The notes: generated from the letters alone by a model not told the origin. Counted from the first letter of the stretch, positions 17,952-28,259 are shown. The stretch is DNA of 64,000 nucleotides from Acidimicrobiia bacterium (GCA_050329555.1 JBHJOQ010000077.1:3144-67143), one strand, 5' to 3'. Numbers and translations: made by a program.

Positions 17952-18935
17952 TTATCCGTACCAGCGACAGAGGGCAACGGTGAGGCGTTCCAGCGTGACG
18001 CGGTGGGTAACTTCCGGCTGAGACTTGATCACGCGATCAGCCCGGACCAGGGCATCCTGAGCCATGCGCAAGGAGGACTCCCGCACTCTCCCCCTCATCC
18101 GCCACATCCGATTCAGTGCACTGTCAGAAGATCTGCCACCGACCCACTCTTTGAAGGTCTCCTCATCCGGCGCTGCCGCGGCAAGGGCGCGTCGCCTGAG
18201 GTCGCCTTCCACAGCTGCGAGGTACACGAGGGGATGGCCGTGGACCAGGAAATCGGAGAGACGGCGTAACGCCTCGCCGACGTTTCCTTTCGAGATCGCA
18301 TCGGTGATGTGCCATGGAGGCTCGTCGGGGCGGTTCCGGAACCAGTCGAGGACCAGGTCACGGGTGATCTTCCCCGCGTGCTGCGAAAGCTGGTCCAGCG
18401 CCTGACCGGTCGCGGCGGTGTCGGTTCCGAACCTCTGGAGGAGAGCCTCCCTGGCTGGCCCGTCGATCGTCATCCCCCGCCGCTTGATCTCGCCGCCTAG
18501 CCACTCCCCTGCCTGTCTCTCCCACATCTTCTGGACGGAGACTTTCGAGCCGAAGTCCTTGGCGAGAGTGGCGATGGCTTTGACCGGGGAGCCGGTGACG
18601 GCGAGGACAAGGTGGATCGTTTTGAGATCGGCGGCGCGCACCAGTGCCTCGAGAATCTCGACCTCGCCAACCTGAAGATTTTCGGCGTCGACGAGCTCGA
18701 GACCGCCAGAGTCGCCGAACAGCGACCCCGACTGGAGCAGGGGGACCATGGGCTCGAGCTCAGTCCGGAGCGTGCCGTCGCCAGGCTCGCCGGCGCCTCG
18801 CCCCGGCACATCGATACGGACGATGTCCTGGGCTTCGACATTGTGGGATGCAAAGAACTCGTCGGCGGCGTCGAGCATCTGCTTGCGCTCACCCGGTCCC
18901 GAGTTGGACGGTGCGGTGACGAGTAGCAATGGCAC
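17952..18935 (-). CDS. holA: DNA polymerase III subunit delta
   Basis: The ~327-aa product has the delta-subunit pattern (LLLVTAP..., GSLFGD, ...LVHGHPLVYLAAVEGDLRR). I prefer the GTG start at 18935 (VPLLLVT) because the ATG at 18986 overlaps the upstream gene by 37 nt. Confidence 0.8.
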   Translation of the reverse strand: MPLLLVTAPSNSGPGERKQMLDAADEFFASHNVEAQDIVRIDVPGRGAGEPGDGTLRTELEPMVPLLQSGSLFGDSGGLELVDAENLQVGEVEILEALVRAADLKTIHLVLAVTGSPVKAIATLAKDFGSKVSVQKMWERQAGEWLGGEIKRRGMTIDGPAREALLQRFGTDTAATGQALDQLSQHAGKITRDLVLDWFRNRPDEPPWHITDAISKGNVGEALRRLSDFLVHGHPLVYLAAVEGDLRRRALAAAAPDEETFKEWVGGRSSDSALNRMWRMRGRVRESSLRMAQDALVRADRVIKSQPEVTHRVTLERLTVALCRWYG

Positions 18936-18949
18936 GGTCTGACAGTACC

Positions 18950-19753
18950 TCAGATCGAGCGGCCGAAGAGCCTGGCGAGATCGCATGCCACGGCTACATC
19001 GTGAACCCGAATGATGTCGGCGCGATGTTCCAGGGCGAGGGAGATGTAGGCGATGACACGGTGGAAGTCCCGCTTCCGGGGAATCGGGATCAGCACCGGT
19101 TTCCCGAGTTTGTGCAGCTCTGCCGACGAGGCGATCACCTCGAGTTGCATCCTGGTATAGGCCTCGTAGTCGCCCCGGTAGTTGAGGGCGATCCCCGGGT
19201 CGAGAATCACATTGCTGATACCGGCTGCCTCCAATTCGGCGAGGAGCCCTCGGAACGAATCGGCGGTCACTCTTGCCTTGTCATCGGTGATGTCGACACT
19301 GTCGACATCGTGAGGGTTGGAGCCTTCCACATACACGGCCACCGCAGCGGCCCCGTACCGTGCCACTACCCCCTGCATGTCCGGGTCCTTGAGGCCTCCG
19401 GTGTCGTTGACGATGAGGGCCCCGGCGTCGAGTGAAGCTGCCGCAACTTCAGGCTTCCAGGTATCAATGGCCACGATGTGATCCTCGGCGACAAGGGCCT
19501 CGATGATTGGAACTACCCTCGAGACCTCGTCCGCGGCGGCAATCGTCTCGTTGTCGTAGTGCGACGATTGGCCTCCGAGATCGATGATGGTGGCGCCCCA
19601 GTTCCGATACCGATCGGCCATGAGCAGAGCGTCGTCAACGGTCGCGGCCACCGTGTGCACGTTCTTCGAGTCCGGCGAGGCGTTGATCACCCCCATGACG
19701 TAGGTGACGTCTCCCAGGGGAAGTGCGGTGGGCCCAAGCTGGAGGTCGCTCAT
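18950..19753 (-). CDS. Dihydropteroate synthase-like pterin-binding protein
   Basis: 267 aa. VMGVINASPDS...IIDLGGQSS...AIDTWKPEVAAASLDAGALIVNDTGGL...ADIIRVHDV matches the DHPS TIM-barrel motifs. Whether it is a true FolP or a FolP2-like paralogue is not resolved. Confidence 0.75.
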   Translation of the reverse strand: MSDLQLGPTALPLGDVTYVMGVINASPDSKNVHTVAATVDDALLMADRYRNWGATIIDLGGQSSHYDNETIAAADEVSRVVPIIEALVAEDHIVAIDTWKPEVAAASLDAGALIVNDTGGLKDPDMQGVVARYGAAAVAVYVEGSNPHDVDSVDITDDKARVTADSFRGLLAELEAAGISNVILDPGIALNYRGDYEAYTRMQLEVIASSAELHKLGKPVLIPIPRKRDFHRVIAYISLALEHRADIIRVHDVAVACDLARLFGRSI

Positions 19754-19813
19754 TGCCTGCAGTCAAGCACCGTGGAGTGACATGGGTTTCCCGCTCGCCG
19801 ACGGGAGTACCCG

Positions 19814-20006
19814 TCGTGTACCCCAGACCGACCCCGACTCTCCTCACCCTGTCGGGGGGATACAAGGGGGGTCGTCCCCCCTTGCAAGATCACAGTCCGG
19901 ATCACCAACCCGACAGCACCAAAATCGTGTACCCCAGACCGACCCCGACTCTCTCACCCTGTCGGGGGGATACAAGGGGGGTCGTCCCCCCTTGCAAAAT
20001 CACAGT
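19814..20006. repeat. Two tandem copies (83 and 82 nt, period 111 nt) of a structured intergenic repeat
   Basis: Copies at 19814-19896 and 19925-20006 are near-identical: one 1-nt indel and one substitution. Each carries the hairpin ccccgac-N12-gtcgggg and the perfect 9-bp hairpin caagggggg-tcgt-ccccccttg. Confidence 0.9.
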
Positions 20007-20007
20007 G

Positions 20008-22074
20008 TCAACCGGCAAGGTCGACAACAACCGTTCCGTCGACATCTGTTCTCTGCACGACGGCCCCGGAAGCCTCCAGTAACTCGATCACCCACGGAAC
20101 CGGATGGCCGAAGTCGTTGCTACCGACCGATATCACCGCCAGTTCGGCACCCGTCGAGGCAAGCCAACGGGGGTCCGAGGTGCCGCCACCGTGATGGGGA
20201 ACCTTGAGCACATCGACCTCCAAACCATCCAGTTCGGCCTGGGCGACGACTTCGATGTCGCCGCTGAGCAGCATGGTCCGTGCCGGGCCGGTGACCAACA
20301 GCACGATCGACTGGTCGTTGGGAGAGACGTACCTGCGCTCGGGCCCGAGAACCTGGATCTCCACGGATCCGAGGTTTGCCCGGGTGCCCACCGCGGGTTG
20401 GAGAACCGGGATCCCGAGGCGGATCGCCTCCGCGAGGAACCGGTCACCCGACGGGGACTGATGGGGTGCGCTCCGCTCCCAGATCTCCCCGATCCCGATT
20501 CGCCCGGGCAGTGCTTCGAGACCCCCGGCATGGTCGGCGTCGCCGTGGGTCATCACCACCAGGTCGATGTGTCTCACACCGAATTCTCGGAGCCGTTCGA
20601 TGAGCAACGGTTGCTCACGGCCCCCGTCAACGAGGGCAAAACGTCCCTCTCCCCCGGAGATGAGGATGGCGTCACCCTGGCCGACGTCGAGCACAGCGAC
20701 TTCCCCGGCGTCGAGCCTTGTGGTTCCGGGGAGGATCACGACGACCAGGGCTCCGGCCGCCAGGAGGGTGGCCACGTCCGGCAAGCGGCGCCAGATCCGA
20801 GGGGCGATTGGAATCAGCGCCGCCCAGGCTATGAAACCGACCCAGCCGACCTGTGGCCACCCGGCCGACATGTGCGAAATGTCGATGACCAAGGACGCGA
20901 CCCACTCTCCGGGTATCAGTGCGAGCGTCGGACCGGAGACTGCGACAATCCCCAGCAAAGTGGCAAGGCTCACCAGCGGAGCGGCGACCAGGTTGCTCAG
21001 TGGGCTGAGGAGCGGGATCGACCCGAAGTGCCAGAGGAGGAGCGGCGCTACCGCCAGCTGGGCCCCGAGGGTGACGGCCAGTGCCCGGCGAATCTTGCCC
21101 GGAACGCCGGGCCATCTCGCCCCGCCCACCACGCCGCAGGTGGCCATCACCGACAGCTGAAACCCTACGCTGCGGATCAGCCACGGATCATGGGCAAGCA
21201 CCGCTATCGACGCCAGGGCGATCACCTGCCACACCTCGAACACCACGTCGAGCAGGCGACCGGCCAGGACGAGGCCCGCCATCGCCGACGCCCGGACGAC
21301 GGACGGTTCGAAACCGGTGGCAACGACGAACAGGGGAAGGGCGAACAGCCCGAACAGGGCACGTCGTTTCGGGCCAATGCCCAGCGGAAGCGTCACCGCG
21401 GCCACGAACCCGAGGAACAGGGCGACGTTGCTCCCGCTAACGGCGACGAAGTGGGACAGGCCCGCCTTGCGCATGGCCTCGACCGTCACCTCGCTGACGC
21501 CTGAGGTCTCTCCGACGAGAAAACCCGCCAGAAGGCTTCTCGCTTCATTGCCCCCGGACAGTCGGCCGATGACATGGTGACGGACGAGGGCTCCCCCACG
21601 CAGGTAGATCCCCGCGTGGAAGTCGGTAAGAGCCATCTCGTCGATGACGACGATCTGGCGGGGCCGGCCCCCGATATTGGTGACATCTCCAGTGACCAGC
21701 CCGTCGAACCGATAGATGTCACCTGCGTTGCCGGATAGCCCGCCGAAGTCGACGAACACGCCGACGCCGTCGATCTCCCCCAGAGCCCAGTTGCCGAACT
21801 GGCCTTCACGTGAGTCGGTGATGAGTACCAACTCCGATACCAGTTCGCCATCCGGGAGAAGCGGCTCCGGTGAGAGAAGCGGTGGAGCCGCCACCAGCGC
21901 AGCGGCGAAGATCCACAGCGCTTTGCCGCGGGCGAGTTGCACCAATCCGCAGACAAGGAGGACAGCCCACCCCGGGCTCCAGCCCGTGACGGTGACTGCG
22001 GCCACTGCGGCCACGCCCGCATTGACCAGCCAGGGGCGTGAGTGGAGCGGGAGCACCCCGGCGAGGGCACTCAC
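20008..22074 (-). CDS. comEC: DNA internalization competence protein ComEC/Rec2 (with C-terminal metallo-beta-lactamase domain)
   Basis: 688 aa. It has a polytopic membrane core and a C-terminal MBL motif (VVMTHGDADHAGG...VPHHGG). The GTGA start/stop overlaps comEA. Confidence 0.88.
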   Translation of the reverse strand: MSALAGVLPLHSRPWLVNAGVAAVAAVTVTGWSPGWAVLLVCGLVQLARGKALWIFAAALVAAPPLLSPEPLLPDGELVSELVLITDSREGQFGNWALGEIDGVGVFVDFGGLSGNAGDIYRFDGLVTGDVTNIGGRPRQIVVIDEMALTDFHAGIYLRGGALVRHHVIGRLSGGNEARSLLAGFLVGETSGVSEVTVEAMRKAGLSHFVAVSGSNVALFLGFVAAVTLPLGIGPKRRALFGLFALPLFVVATGFEPSVVRASAMAGLVLAGRLLDVVFEVWQVIALASIAVLAHDPWLIRSVGFQLSVMATCGVVGGARWPGVPGKIRRALAVTLGAQLAVAPLLLWHFGSIPLLSPLSNLVAAPLVSLATLLGIVAVSGPTLALIPGEWVASLVIDISHMSAGWPQVGWVGFIAWAALIPIAPRIWRRLPDVATLLAAGALVVVILPGTTRLDAGEVAVLDVGQGDAILISGGEGRFALVDGGREQPLLIERLREFGVRHIDLVVMTHGDADHAGGLEALPGRIGIGEIWERSAPHQSPSGDRFLAEAIRLGIPVLQPAVGTRANLGSVEIQVLGPERRYVSPNDQSIVLLVTGPARTMLLSGDIEVVAQAELDGLEVDVLKVPHHGGGTSDPRWLASTGAELAVISVGSNDFGHPVPWVIELLEASGAVVQRTDVDGTVVVDLAG

Positions 22075-22634
22075 GGCGGCCTGATCAGATCCCTGATCGA
22101 AGCAAGCTTGGCCTCGCCGATACCGACAACGTCGAGCAGGTCCTCCACGGACTCGAAACGCCCGACCGTGTCGCGATGGGCCACGATCCTGCCGGCCAGC
22201 ACCGGTCCCACCCCGGGTAGGCTCTGCAGCTCGATCTCGTCCGCCGTGTTGATGTCGATGAGCCCATCACCCGGGGCGCTGCCTCCGGTAGCATCGACGC
22301 CGGCCTCGGGCCCCGGCACCTGGAGTTGGTCTCCTTCGAAGACGGGCTGCGCCAGATTGATCAGGTCGAGCCTCGCCCCCACCCGGGCACCGCCGGCGGC
22401 ATCGATGGCGACAATGACGAGTGAGCCCTCGGTCACCCACACCACACCCGGTGTCGTAACCCAGCCGGAAACATGGACGGGTACCAACACCGACCCGAGG
22501 ACCTCAGGTGCACCCCGCAGCGGGGGTCCCTGGACCGGAGACAACCCGGCGTTGACTCCAATCAAGCCGCCCAGTGCGGCGCCCACCAGCGCAAGCCCGA
22601 CCGCCACCGCCCTCTCGTTAGGTACTCTCCCCAT
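22071..22634 (-). CDS. comEA: Competence protein ComEA (helix-hairpin-helix DNA receptor)
   Basis: 187 aa. N-terminal TM segment, a SLBB-like region, and a C-terminal (HhH)2: IDINTADEIELQSLPGVGPVLAGRIVAHRDTVGRFESVEDLLDVVGIGEAKL. Confidence 0.85.
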   Translation of the reverse strand: MGRVPNERAVAVGLALVGAALGGLIGVNAGLSPVQGPPLRGAPEVLGSVLVPVHVSGWVTTPGVVWVTEGSLVIVAIDAAGGARVGARLDLINLAQPVFEGDQLQVPGPEAGVDATGGSAPGDGLIDINTADEIELQSLPGVGPVLAGRIVAHRDTVGRFESVEDLLDVVGIGEAKLASIRDLIRPP

Positions 22635-22677
22635 TCACTCCCATAGATACAAGGCGCAAAGGCGGTGTTTAACCCCC

Positions 22678-23502
22678 ATGGGCAAAGCGAAGATCGATAT
22701 CAGCAAGTTCCGGGTGCCACCGGAGATGCAGGTCTCTCTCGACGACCACGATCCCGACTCGAAAGCCGGGTTCGCTGGCGGAAAGGATGAGGCCAACCGG
22801 GCACTGCAGGCCCTGAACGAAAAGCTGTCAGCTCTGCAGAAGCGGCTGTGGGGTGAGTCGCGACAGAAACTGCTGCTCGTGCTCCAGGCGACCGACACCG
22901 GGGGCAAGGACGGGACCATCCGCAACGTGTTCACCGGAGTCAACCCACAGGGAATCAAGGTGCACCCCTTCGGGAAGCCGACCGAGGAAGAACTGGCCCA
23001 CGACTACTTGTGGAGGATTCACCATCACACTCCGGCGAACGGTCGGATTACGGTGTTCAACCGATCGCATTACGAGGATGTCCTCGTCGTCAGGGTTCGA
23101 AATCTGGTACCGCCGGAGAGGTGGGAGAAGCGATACCGGCACATCAACGAGTTTGAGCGGATGCTCACCGACGAAGGCACTCGAATCGTAAAGGTGTACC
23201 TCAACATCAGCAGGGAAGAACAGAAAGAGCGCCTTGAGGCACGTCTCGATGATCCGGACAAGAACTGGAAATTCAACAAGGCCGACCTCGACGACCGTGC
23301 GTTGTGGGACGATTTCCGCGCGGCCTACGAGGCGATGCTATCCCGGACTTCGACGGAGCACTCTCCCTGGTACGTGGTTCCTGCCAACCGGAAGTGGTAC
23401 CGGAACCTGGTGGTATCACAGATCCTCATCGACACCCTCGACGAGATGGACCCCCGGTACCCTGACCCCGAGGAGGACCTGGACGGGGTTGTTGTGACGT
23501 AG
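22678..23502 (+). CDS. ppk2: Polyphosphate kinase 2 family (polyphosphate:nucleotide phosphotransferase)
   Basis: The 274-aa product starts MGKAKIDISKFRVPPE. It has LLLVLQATDTGGKDGTIRNV (Walker A-like) and ...FNRSHYEDVLVVRV...PWYVVPANRKWYRN. The upstream 212 codons of the track ORF are antisense to comEA. Confidence 0.88.
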   Translation: MGKAKIDISKFRVPPEMQVSLDDHDPDSKAGFAGGKDEANRALQALNEKLSALQKRLWGESRQKLLLVLQATDTGGKDGTIRNVFTGVNPQGIKVHPFGKPTEEELAHDYLWRIHHHTPANGRITVFNRSHYEDVLVVRVRNLVPPERWEKRYRHINEFERMLTDEGTRIVKVYLNISREEQKERLEARLDDPDKNWKFNKADLDDRALWDDFRAAYEAMLSRTSTEHSPWYVVPANRKWYRNLVVSQILIDTLDEMDPRYPDPEEDLDGVVVT

Positions 23503-23898
23503 TCAGCCGGAGAAGCTACTCGATATGTCGCGCGCCTCGACCTCGGCTTCGATCGCGAGGTAGGCCTCCCGGTGGCTGGCCCCTCTGATCCGTGCCACGA
23601 GGTACTGGCGGATATAGGCCGTCAGGAACCGCCGCGGGCCCCGCTCCTGCCACTGACGGGAGTGCACCATCTCATGCATGAGGAGAGCGGTGAGTTCCCG
23701 TCCTCCCCGTTCCAGGAATGCGGGGTCGACAAAGATGAGCTTCCCGATTGTCATTGCCCCGGTTTCCTTCGCCCACAGTTTCCTCATGAGCCGTGGAGCG
23801 GACATCACCGTCACGCTTTCAGGGGTGACCGGTTGGATCCTGACCAGGTAATCGGGATTTAGCGCCGTCCCGACGAAACGAGCGGCCGGCAGCCTCAT
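23503..23898 (-). CDS. Small HExxH (DUF4157-like zincin) domain protein
   Basis: 131 aa. TGAMTIGKLIFVDPAFLERGGRELTALLMHEMVHSRQWQE matches the DUF4157 pattern. Its stop abuts the ppk2 stop with zero spacing. Confidence 0.5.
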   Translation of the reverse strand: MRLPAARFVGTALNPDYLVRIQPVTPESVTVMSAPRLMRKLWAKETGAMTIGKLIFVDPAFLERGGRELTALLMHEMVHSRQWQERGPRRFLTAYIRQYLVARIRGASHREAYLAIEAEVEARDISSSFSG

Positions 23899-26321
23899 CG
23901 TCCGACGACGATGTTGACCAGGTTCGGTTCGCGCACGATGACCTTCCTGATCTCATGGCCATCGATCCACTGCTGGACCTTCTCGGCCGACACTGCGAGC
24001 CGCTCGGCGTCGGAGGCGGCGATATCCGAGTCGACCTCGATCCTGTCGCGTAGCCTGCCGTTGACCTGGACCACCATGGTCACCTGGGCCCGCTCGATCA
24101 ACTTCGGGTCCCATGCGGGCCAAGGCTCCAGCGCCAGCAGCGTGTCGTGGCCGGTCAGCTCCCACAGTTCATGGGCGATGTGCGGTGCCATCGGCGAGAG
24201 CAACTTCATGAGGAGCTCGGTCACCTCGACGAAGGCGTCCTTGGGAATTCCGCTGCGGACCTCGTCGACGAGATCATTGGTGACCGTCATCAGCGGCGGG
24301 ATGGCAGTGTTGAAGTGGAAGTCGTCGATGTCCTCGGTGACTTTCTTCACCGCCCGGTGAGCGTCGGCTACCAGCTCCGACGCGTCGGCCGTTTCGTCGA
24401 AGCGGTCGGTCTCGGTGACGACGCGCCAGAGGCGGTCGAGAAAGCGCAGGGTGCCGTCGACCCCGTTGGTGTCCCAGGCAGCATCGTCGGTGGGCGGGCC
24501 CATGAACAGGTGATAGAGGCGGAGGGCGTCGGCGCCGTGCGACTCGAACAGGTCGAGGGGGTCGACCACATTCCCCTTCGACTTCGACATCTTCGCCCCG
24601 TCGAGAGTGATCATCCCCTGGGTGAACAGGCGCGCAAATGGCTCTTCGACGCTGGATAACCCCATGTCGTAGAGCACCTTGGTGATGAATCTCGCATACA
24701 GCAGATGGAGGACAGCATGTTCGACACCGCCGATGTATTGGTCCACCGGCATCCAGTAGCTCGCCGCCTTTGGGTCGAAGATCTGTTCGGTGTTAAGCGG
24801 GTCGGTGAAGCGGAAGAAGTACCACGACGAGTCGACGAAGGTGTCCATCGTGTCGGTCTCCCGCCGGGCTGCACCGCCGCACGCCGGACAGGTGGTATTG
24901 ACCCAATCCTCAACCGCCGCAAGTGGCGATTGGCCCTTCGGGGCGTAGTCGAGAACGTGGGGCAGGACGACCGGAAGCCGGTCTTCGGGCACCGGGACCA
25001 TCCCGCAATCGTCACAATTGACCATCGGAATCGGTGAGCCCCAATAGCGCTGACGGGAGATCAGCCAGTCCCGAAGCCGGTACTGGACTGTGCCTTCGCC
25101 GATGCCTTCGGCCCCCAGCCACTCGATGATTGCGGCAATCGCCTCGGCGCGCTCCAGCCCGTCGAGGAAGCCCGAGTTGATGGTCAACCCGTTGCCTGTG
25201 TAGGCCTCTCCATCGAAGTCATCGGGTGGTTGCACCGTCCTGATGATCTCGATCCCGTACTTCGCAGCGAATTCCCAGTCGCGTTGGTCCTGGCCGGGGA
25301 CCGCCATAATCGCCCCCGTCCCGTAACCCATGAGCACGTAGTCGGCGATGTAGATCGGTACCTGGCGGCCATCGACAGGGTTGACCGCGTGGTGGCCGAT
25401 GAACACACCGGTCTTGTCCGTGCTCGCCATCCGTTCGACATCGCTGGAACTCCCGGCCTTGCGAATGTAGGCCCGGGCTATTTCCTCCTGCTCGGCGCCG
25501 GCGATCAATTCCTCGACCAGCGGATGCTCCGGTGCCAGCACAGCGAAGGTCATCCCGAAGATGGTGTCTGGCCGGGTAGTGAACACCTCGAAGGAGTGAT
25601 CGGTGCCCGCCACTTGGATCCCGAAGCTCGCGCCCTGGGATCGGCCGATCCAGTTGCGTTGCATGGTGCGCACCCGCTCCGGCCACTCATCCAGGGTGTC
25701 GAGGTCCTGGAGCAGGCGTTCGGTGTAGTCGGTGATCTTGAAGAACCACTGGGCCAGGTTGCGCCGCTCGACCTCGGCGCCACAACGCTCGCAGTGTCCG
25801 TCGACGACCTGCTCGTTGGCGAGGACCGTCTGGTCGCGGGGGCACCAGTTGACCAGTGCCTCGCGTTTGTAAGCGAGCCCGCGATCGAAGAGCTGAAGGA
25901 ATAGCCACTGGTCCCAGCGGTAGTACTCCTGGGAGTGGCTGGCCAGCTCCCGGGTCCAGTCGTACATCGAGCCCAGCTGCTTCACCTGACGTGTCATCGT
26001 GGCTATCTGCGCCTCGGTGTTCTCCTTGGGGTGGGCTCCGGTGTCGATCGCTGCGTTCTCAGCGGGCAGCCCGAAGCTGTCCCACCCGAGCGGGGAGAGG
26101 ACATTGAACCCGGCCATTGTTTTGTACCGGGTGAGGAGATCACCGAATGTGTAGTTGCGGACGTGACCCTGATGCAATGCTCCCGACGGGTAGGGATACA
26201 TGCACAGGTTGTAGAACTTCGGCTTCGTCGTGTCGACGGTCACCTCGAATGTCTTTTCAGACTCCCAACGAGCCTGCCATTTTGCTTCGATCGCTTTGTG
26301 GTCATACGCCATGAATCGCAC
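23895..26321 (-). CDS. leuS: Leucine--tRNA ligase
   Basis: 808 aa. HIGH-type motif (PYPSGALHQGHVRNY), CP1 editing domain and KMSKS (GAKMSKSKGN). Confidence 0.96.
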   Translation of the reverse strand: MRFMAYDHKAIEAKWQARWESEKTFEVTVDTTKPKFYNLCMYPYPSGALHQGHVRNYTFGDLLTRYKTMAGFNVLSPLGWDSFGLPAENAAIDTGAHPKENTEAQIATMTRQVKQLGSMYDWTRELASHSQEYYRWDQWLFLQLFDRGLAYKREALVNWCPRDQTVLANEQVVDGHCERCGAEVERRNLAQWFFKITDYTERLLQDLDTLDEWPERVRTMQRNWIGRSQGASFGIQVAGTDHSFEVFTTRPDTIFGMTFAVLAPEHPLVEELIAGAEQEEIARAYIRKAGSSSDVERMASTDKTGVFIGHHAVNPVDGRQVPIYIADYVLMGYGTGAIMAVPGQDQRDWEFAAKYGIEIIRTVQPPDDFDGEAYTGNGLTINSGFLDGLERAEAIAAIIEWLGAEGIGEGTVQYRLRDWLISRQRYWGSPIPMVNCDDCGMVPVPEDRLPVVLPHVLDYAPKGQSPLAAVEDWVNTTCPACGGAARRETDTMDTFVDSSWYFFRFTDPLNTEQIFDPKAASYWMPVDQYIGGVEHAVLHLLYARFITKVLYDMGLSSVEEPFARLFTQGMITLDGAKMSKSKGNVVDPLDLFESHGADALRLYHLFMGPPTDDAAWDTNGVDGTLRFLDRLWRVVTETDRFDETADASELVADAHRAVKKVTEDIDDFHFNTAIPPLMTVTNDLVDEVRSGIPKDAFVEVTELLMKLLSPMAPHIAHELWELTGHDTLLALEPWPAWDPKLIERAQVTMVVQVNGRLRDRIEVDSDIAASDAERLAVSAEKVQQWIDGHEIRKVIVREPNLVNIVVGR

Positions 26322-26492
26322 AGGTTAATAAGCATTTTTTTGCTGCGAATACGTCGCTCAGCAGGGAGGATGCTGACACGGACCTATGCCCTTTGGGCAT
26401 GGACACGCGTAACGTCGCCAAACTCGGTAGCGTTGCGCGATGTGCCCCGGCGAGCCGGTGAGCACACATCCCAAACATGGAGGAAGAAAAAA

Positions 26493-28187
26493 ATGAAACG
26501 TATGCGATGGTTAGCTCTCGTTTCGGTCCTCGCCCTTCTTATCGCGGCTTGCGGTGGCGATGGCGCCGGAGACGAAACGACTACCAGCGCGGGTGAGACG
26601 ACGACGACAGCGGATGGCGGGACGACCACATCGGTCGATCCCGACGCCGACTTCGAAGGTCTCACACTCGATTCGGGTGGCTGTGACTACGGCGGCAAGA
26701 TCGAGTCCATCGCCGCGACAGCGGAGAACGAGGTCGTGTTCAGCCTTTGCTCCGAAGACCCGGCGTTCCTGGCCAAGCTCGCGTTCATCCCGTTCGGAGT
26801 GCAGCCCGCCGAGCATCTCGAAGCAACAGAAGGCTCGCCGCTCGAGACTCCTGTAGGAACCGGTCCGTTCGTGCTCCAGGATTGGAGCCGTGGCTCGGAA
26901 ATCGTGTTCGCAGCGAACCAGGACTACTGGGGCGAGGTACCGGCATTCGACACACTCGTGTTCCGTTGGAGGGACTCCAGCACGGCGAGAATCACCGAGC
27001 TGACCTCCGGTAACGCCGACATGATCACCAACCTGGCGGCGAGCGACTACGCAACTATCGAGGCCGACTCGAATTTGCAGATCCTCGTTGATGAGAACCC
27101 GAACGTCTTTTATGTCGGGTTCAACAGCAACTTCGCGCCGTTCGACGATGTGAGGGTGCGCCAGGCTGTGGCAATGGGAGTCGACAGGCAACGGATCATC
27201 GACACCTTCTATCCGGAAGGTTCGGCCGTCGCGGACTTCTTCACCCCCTGCATCATCGAGAATGCATGTGAAGGCGAACCGTTCTACGACTTCGATGTCG
27301 AAGCCGCCCAGGCGCTCCTCGCCGACGCCGGCTATGCAGATGGATTCGACACCACGATCAAGCTTCGTGACGTGTTCCGTGTCTATCTTCCCGAGCCGAC
27401 GGCCGTCGCCGAAGACATCCGGGCCCAGCTGGCCGAAAACCTCGGTATCAACGCCACGATCGAAGTCATGGAATCGGGCGCTTTCCTCGAGGAGAACGCA
27501 TCCGGGACACAGGAAGGCCTCCATCTTCTCGGATGGGGCGCCGACTACCCGCACGTGACCAACTTCCTCGACTTCCACTTCGGTGGAGGCAACCCACAGT
27601 TCGGTGACATGCACCCCGACATCGTCGAGACCCTCACTGAAGGCGCTCGCACGGTTGACCCGGAGGCGGCGAGGCCGATATATGAGCAGGCCAACAACCT
27701 GCTCCGTGAGCACGTCCCGATGGTCCCCTACGCCTGGGGAGCGGCTGCAGATGCAGCCTTGACCACACTCGAGAATGCATTTGTGGCCCCGGTTGGTGCG
27801 CCGCAGTTCTTCTCGATGAACCCCGGCGACGCCGACCTGGTGTTCGTCCAGAACGCGGAGCCGATTTCGCTGTTCTGCGCCGACGAGACCGACGGTGAGT
27901 CGCTATCGGCCTGTGAGCAGGTGCTCGAAGGCCTTTACGGCTATGGCCCCGACGGTGAGGTCATTCCCAAGCTGGCCACCGAATGTGCCGCTGACGACGC
28001 CGGCCTGGTCTGGACCTGCACACTGCGTGACGGTGTGCTGTTCCACGACGGCTCGACGTTGGATGCAAACGACGTGGTCGCTTCATGGACGGTCGGGCTG
28101 GATGCCTCCAGCCCTCTCCACGTGGGTAACAGCGGTGCTTTCGAGTACTTCGCATACCTCTGGGGAGCGTTGATAAACGCTGAGTGA
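26493..28187 (+). CDS. ABC transporter substrate-binding lipoprotein, family 5 (peptide/nickel/oligosaccharide type)
   Basis: The start MKRMRWLALVSVLALLIAACGG gives a lipobox. It is followed by a Thr-rich linker and an SBP_bac_5 body. The upstream part of the track ORF is antisense to leuS. Confidence 0.88.
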   Translation: MKRMRWLALVSVLALLIAACGGDGAGDETTTSAGETTTTADGGTTTSVDPDADFEGLTLDSGGCDYGGKIESIAATAENEVVFSLCSEDPAFLAKLAFIPFGVQPAEHLEATEGSPLETPVGTGPFVLQDWSRGSEIVFAANQDYWGEVPAFDTLVFRWRDSSTARITELTSGNADMITNLAASDYATIEADSNLQILVDENPNVFYVGFNSNFAPFDDVRVRQAVAMGVDRQRIIDTFYPEGSAVADFFTPCIIENACEGEPFYDFDVEAAQALLADAGYADGFDTTIKLRDVFRVYLPEPTAVAEDIRAQLAENLGINATIEVMESGAFLEENASGTQEGLHLLGWGADYPHVTNFLDFHFGGGNPQFGDMHPDIVETLTEGARTVDPEAARPIYEQANNLLREHVPMVPYAWGAAADAALTTLENAFVAPVGAPQFFSMNPGDADLVFVQNAEPISLFCADETDGESLSACEQVLEGLYGYGPDGEVIPKLATECAADDAGLVWTCTLRDGVLFHDGSTLDANDVVASWTVGLDASSPLHVGNSGAFEYFAYLWGALINAE

Positions 28188-28214
28188 TCGTTTGACGACT
28201 CACACAAGGACAGA

Positions 28215-28238
28215 GGGAAGGCGCCGCGGCGCCTTCCC
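28215..28238 (+). promoter_or_regulatory. Intercistronic GC hairpin between the SBP gene and the permease genes
   Basis: gggaaggcgc-cgcg-gcgccttccc (10-bp stem) followed by tcgttct. This placement is typical for partial termination or stabilisation, which gives excess SBP transcript. Confidence 0.5.
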
Positions 28239-28259
28239 TCGTTCTACGCTCACCCGAAC

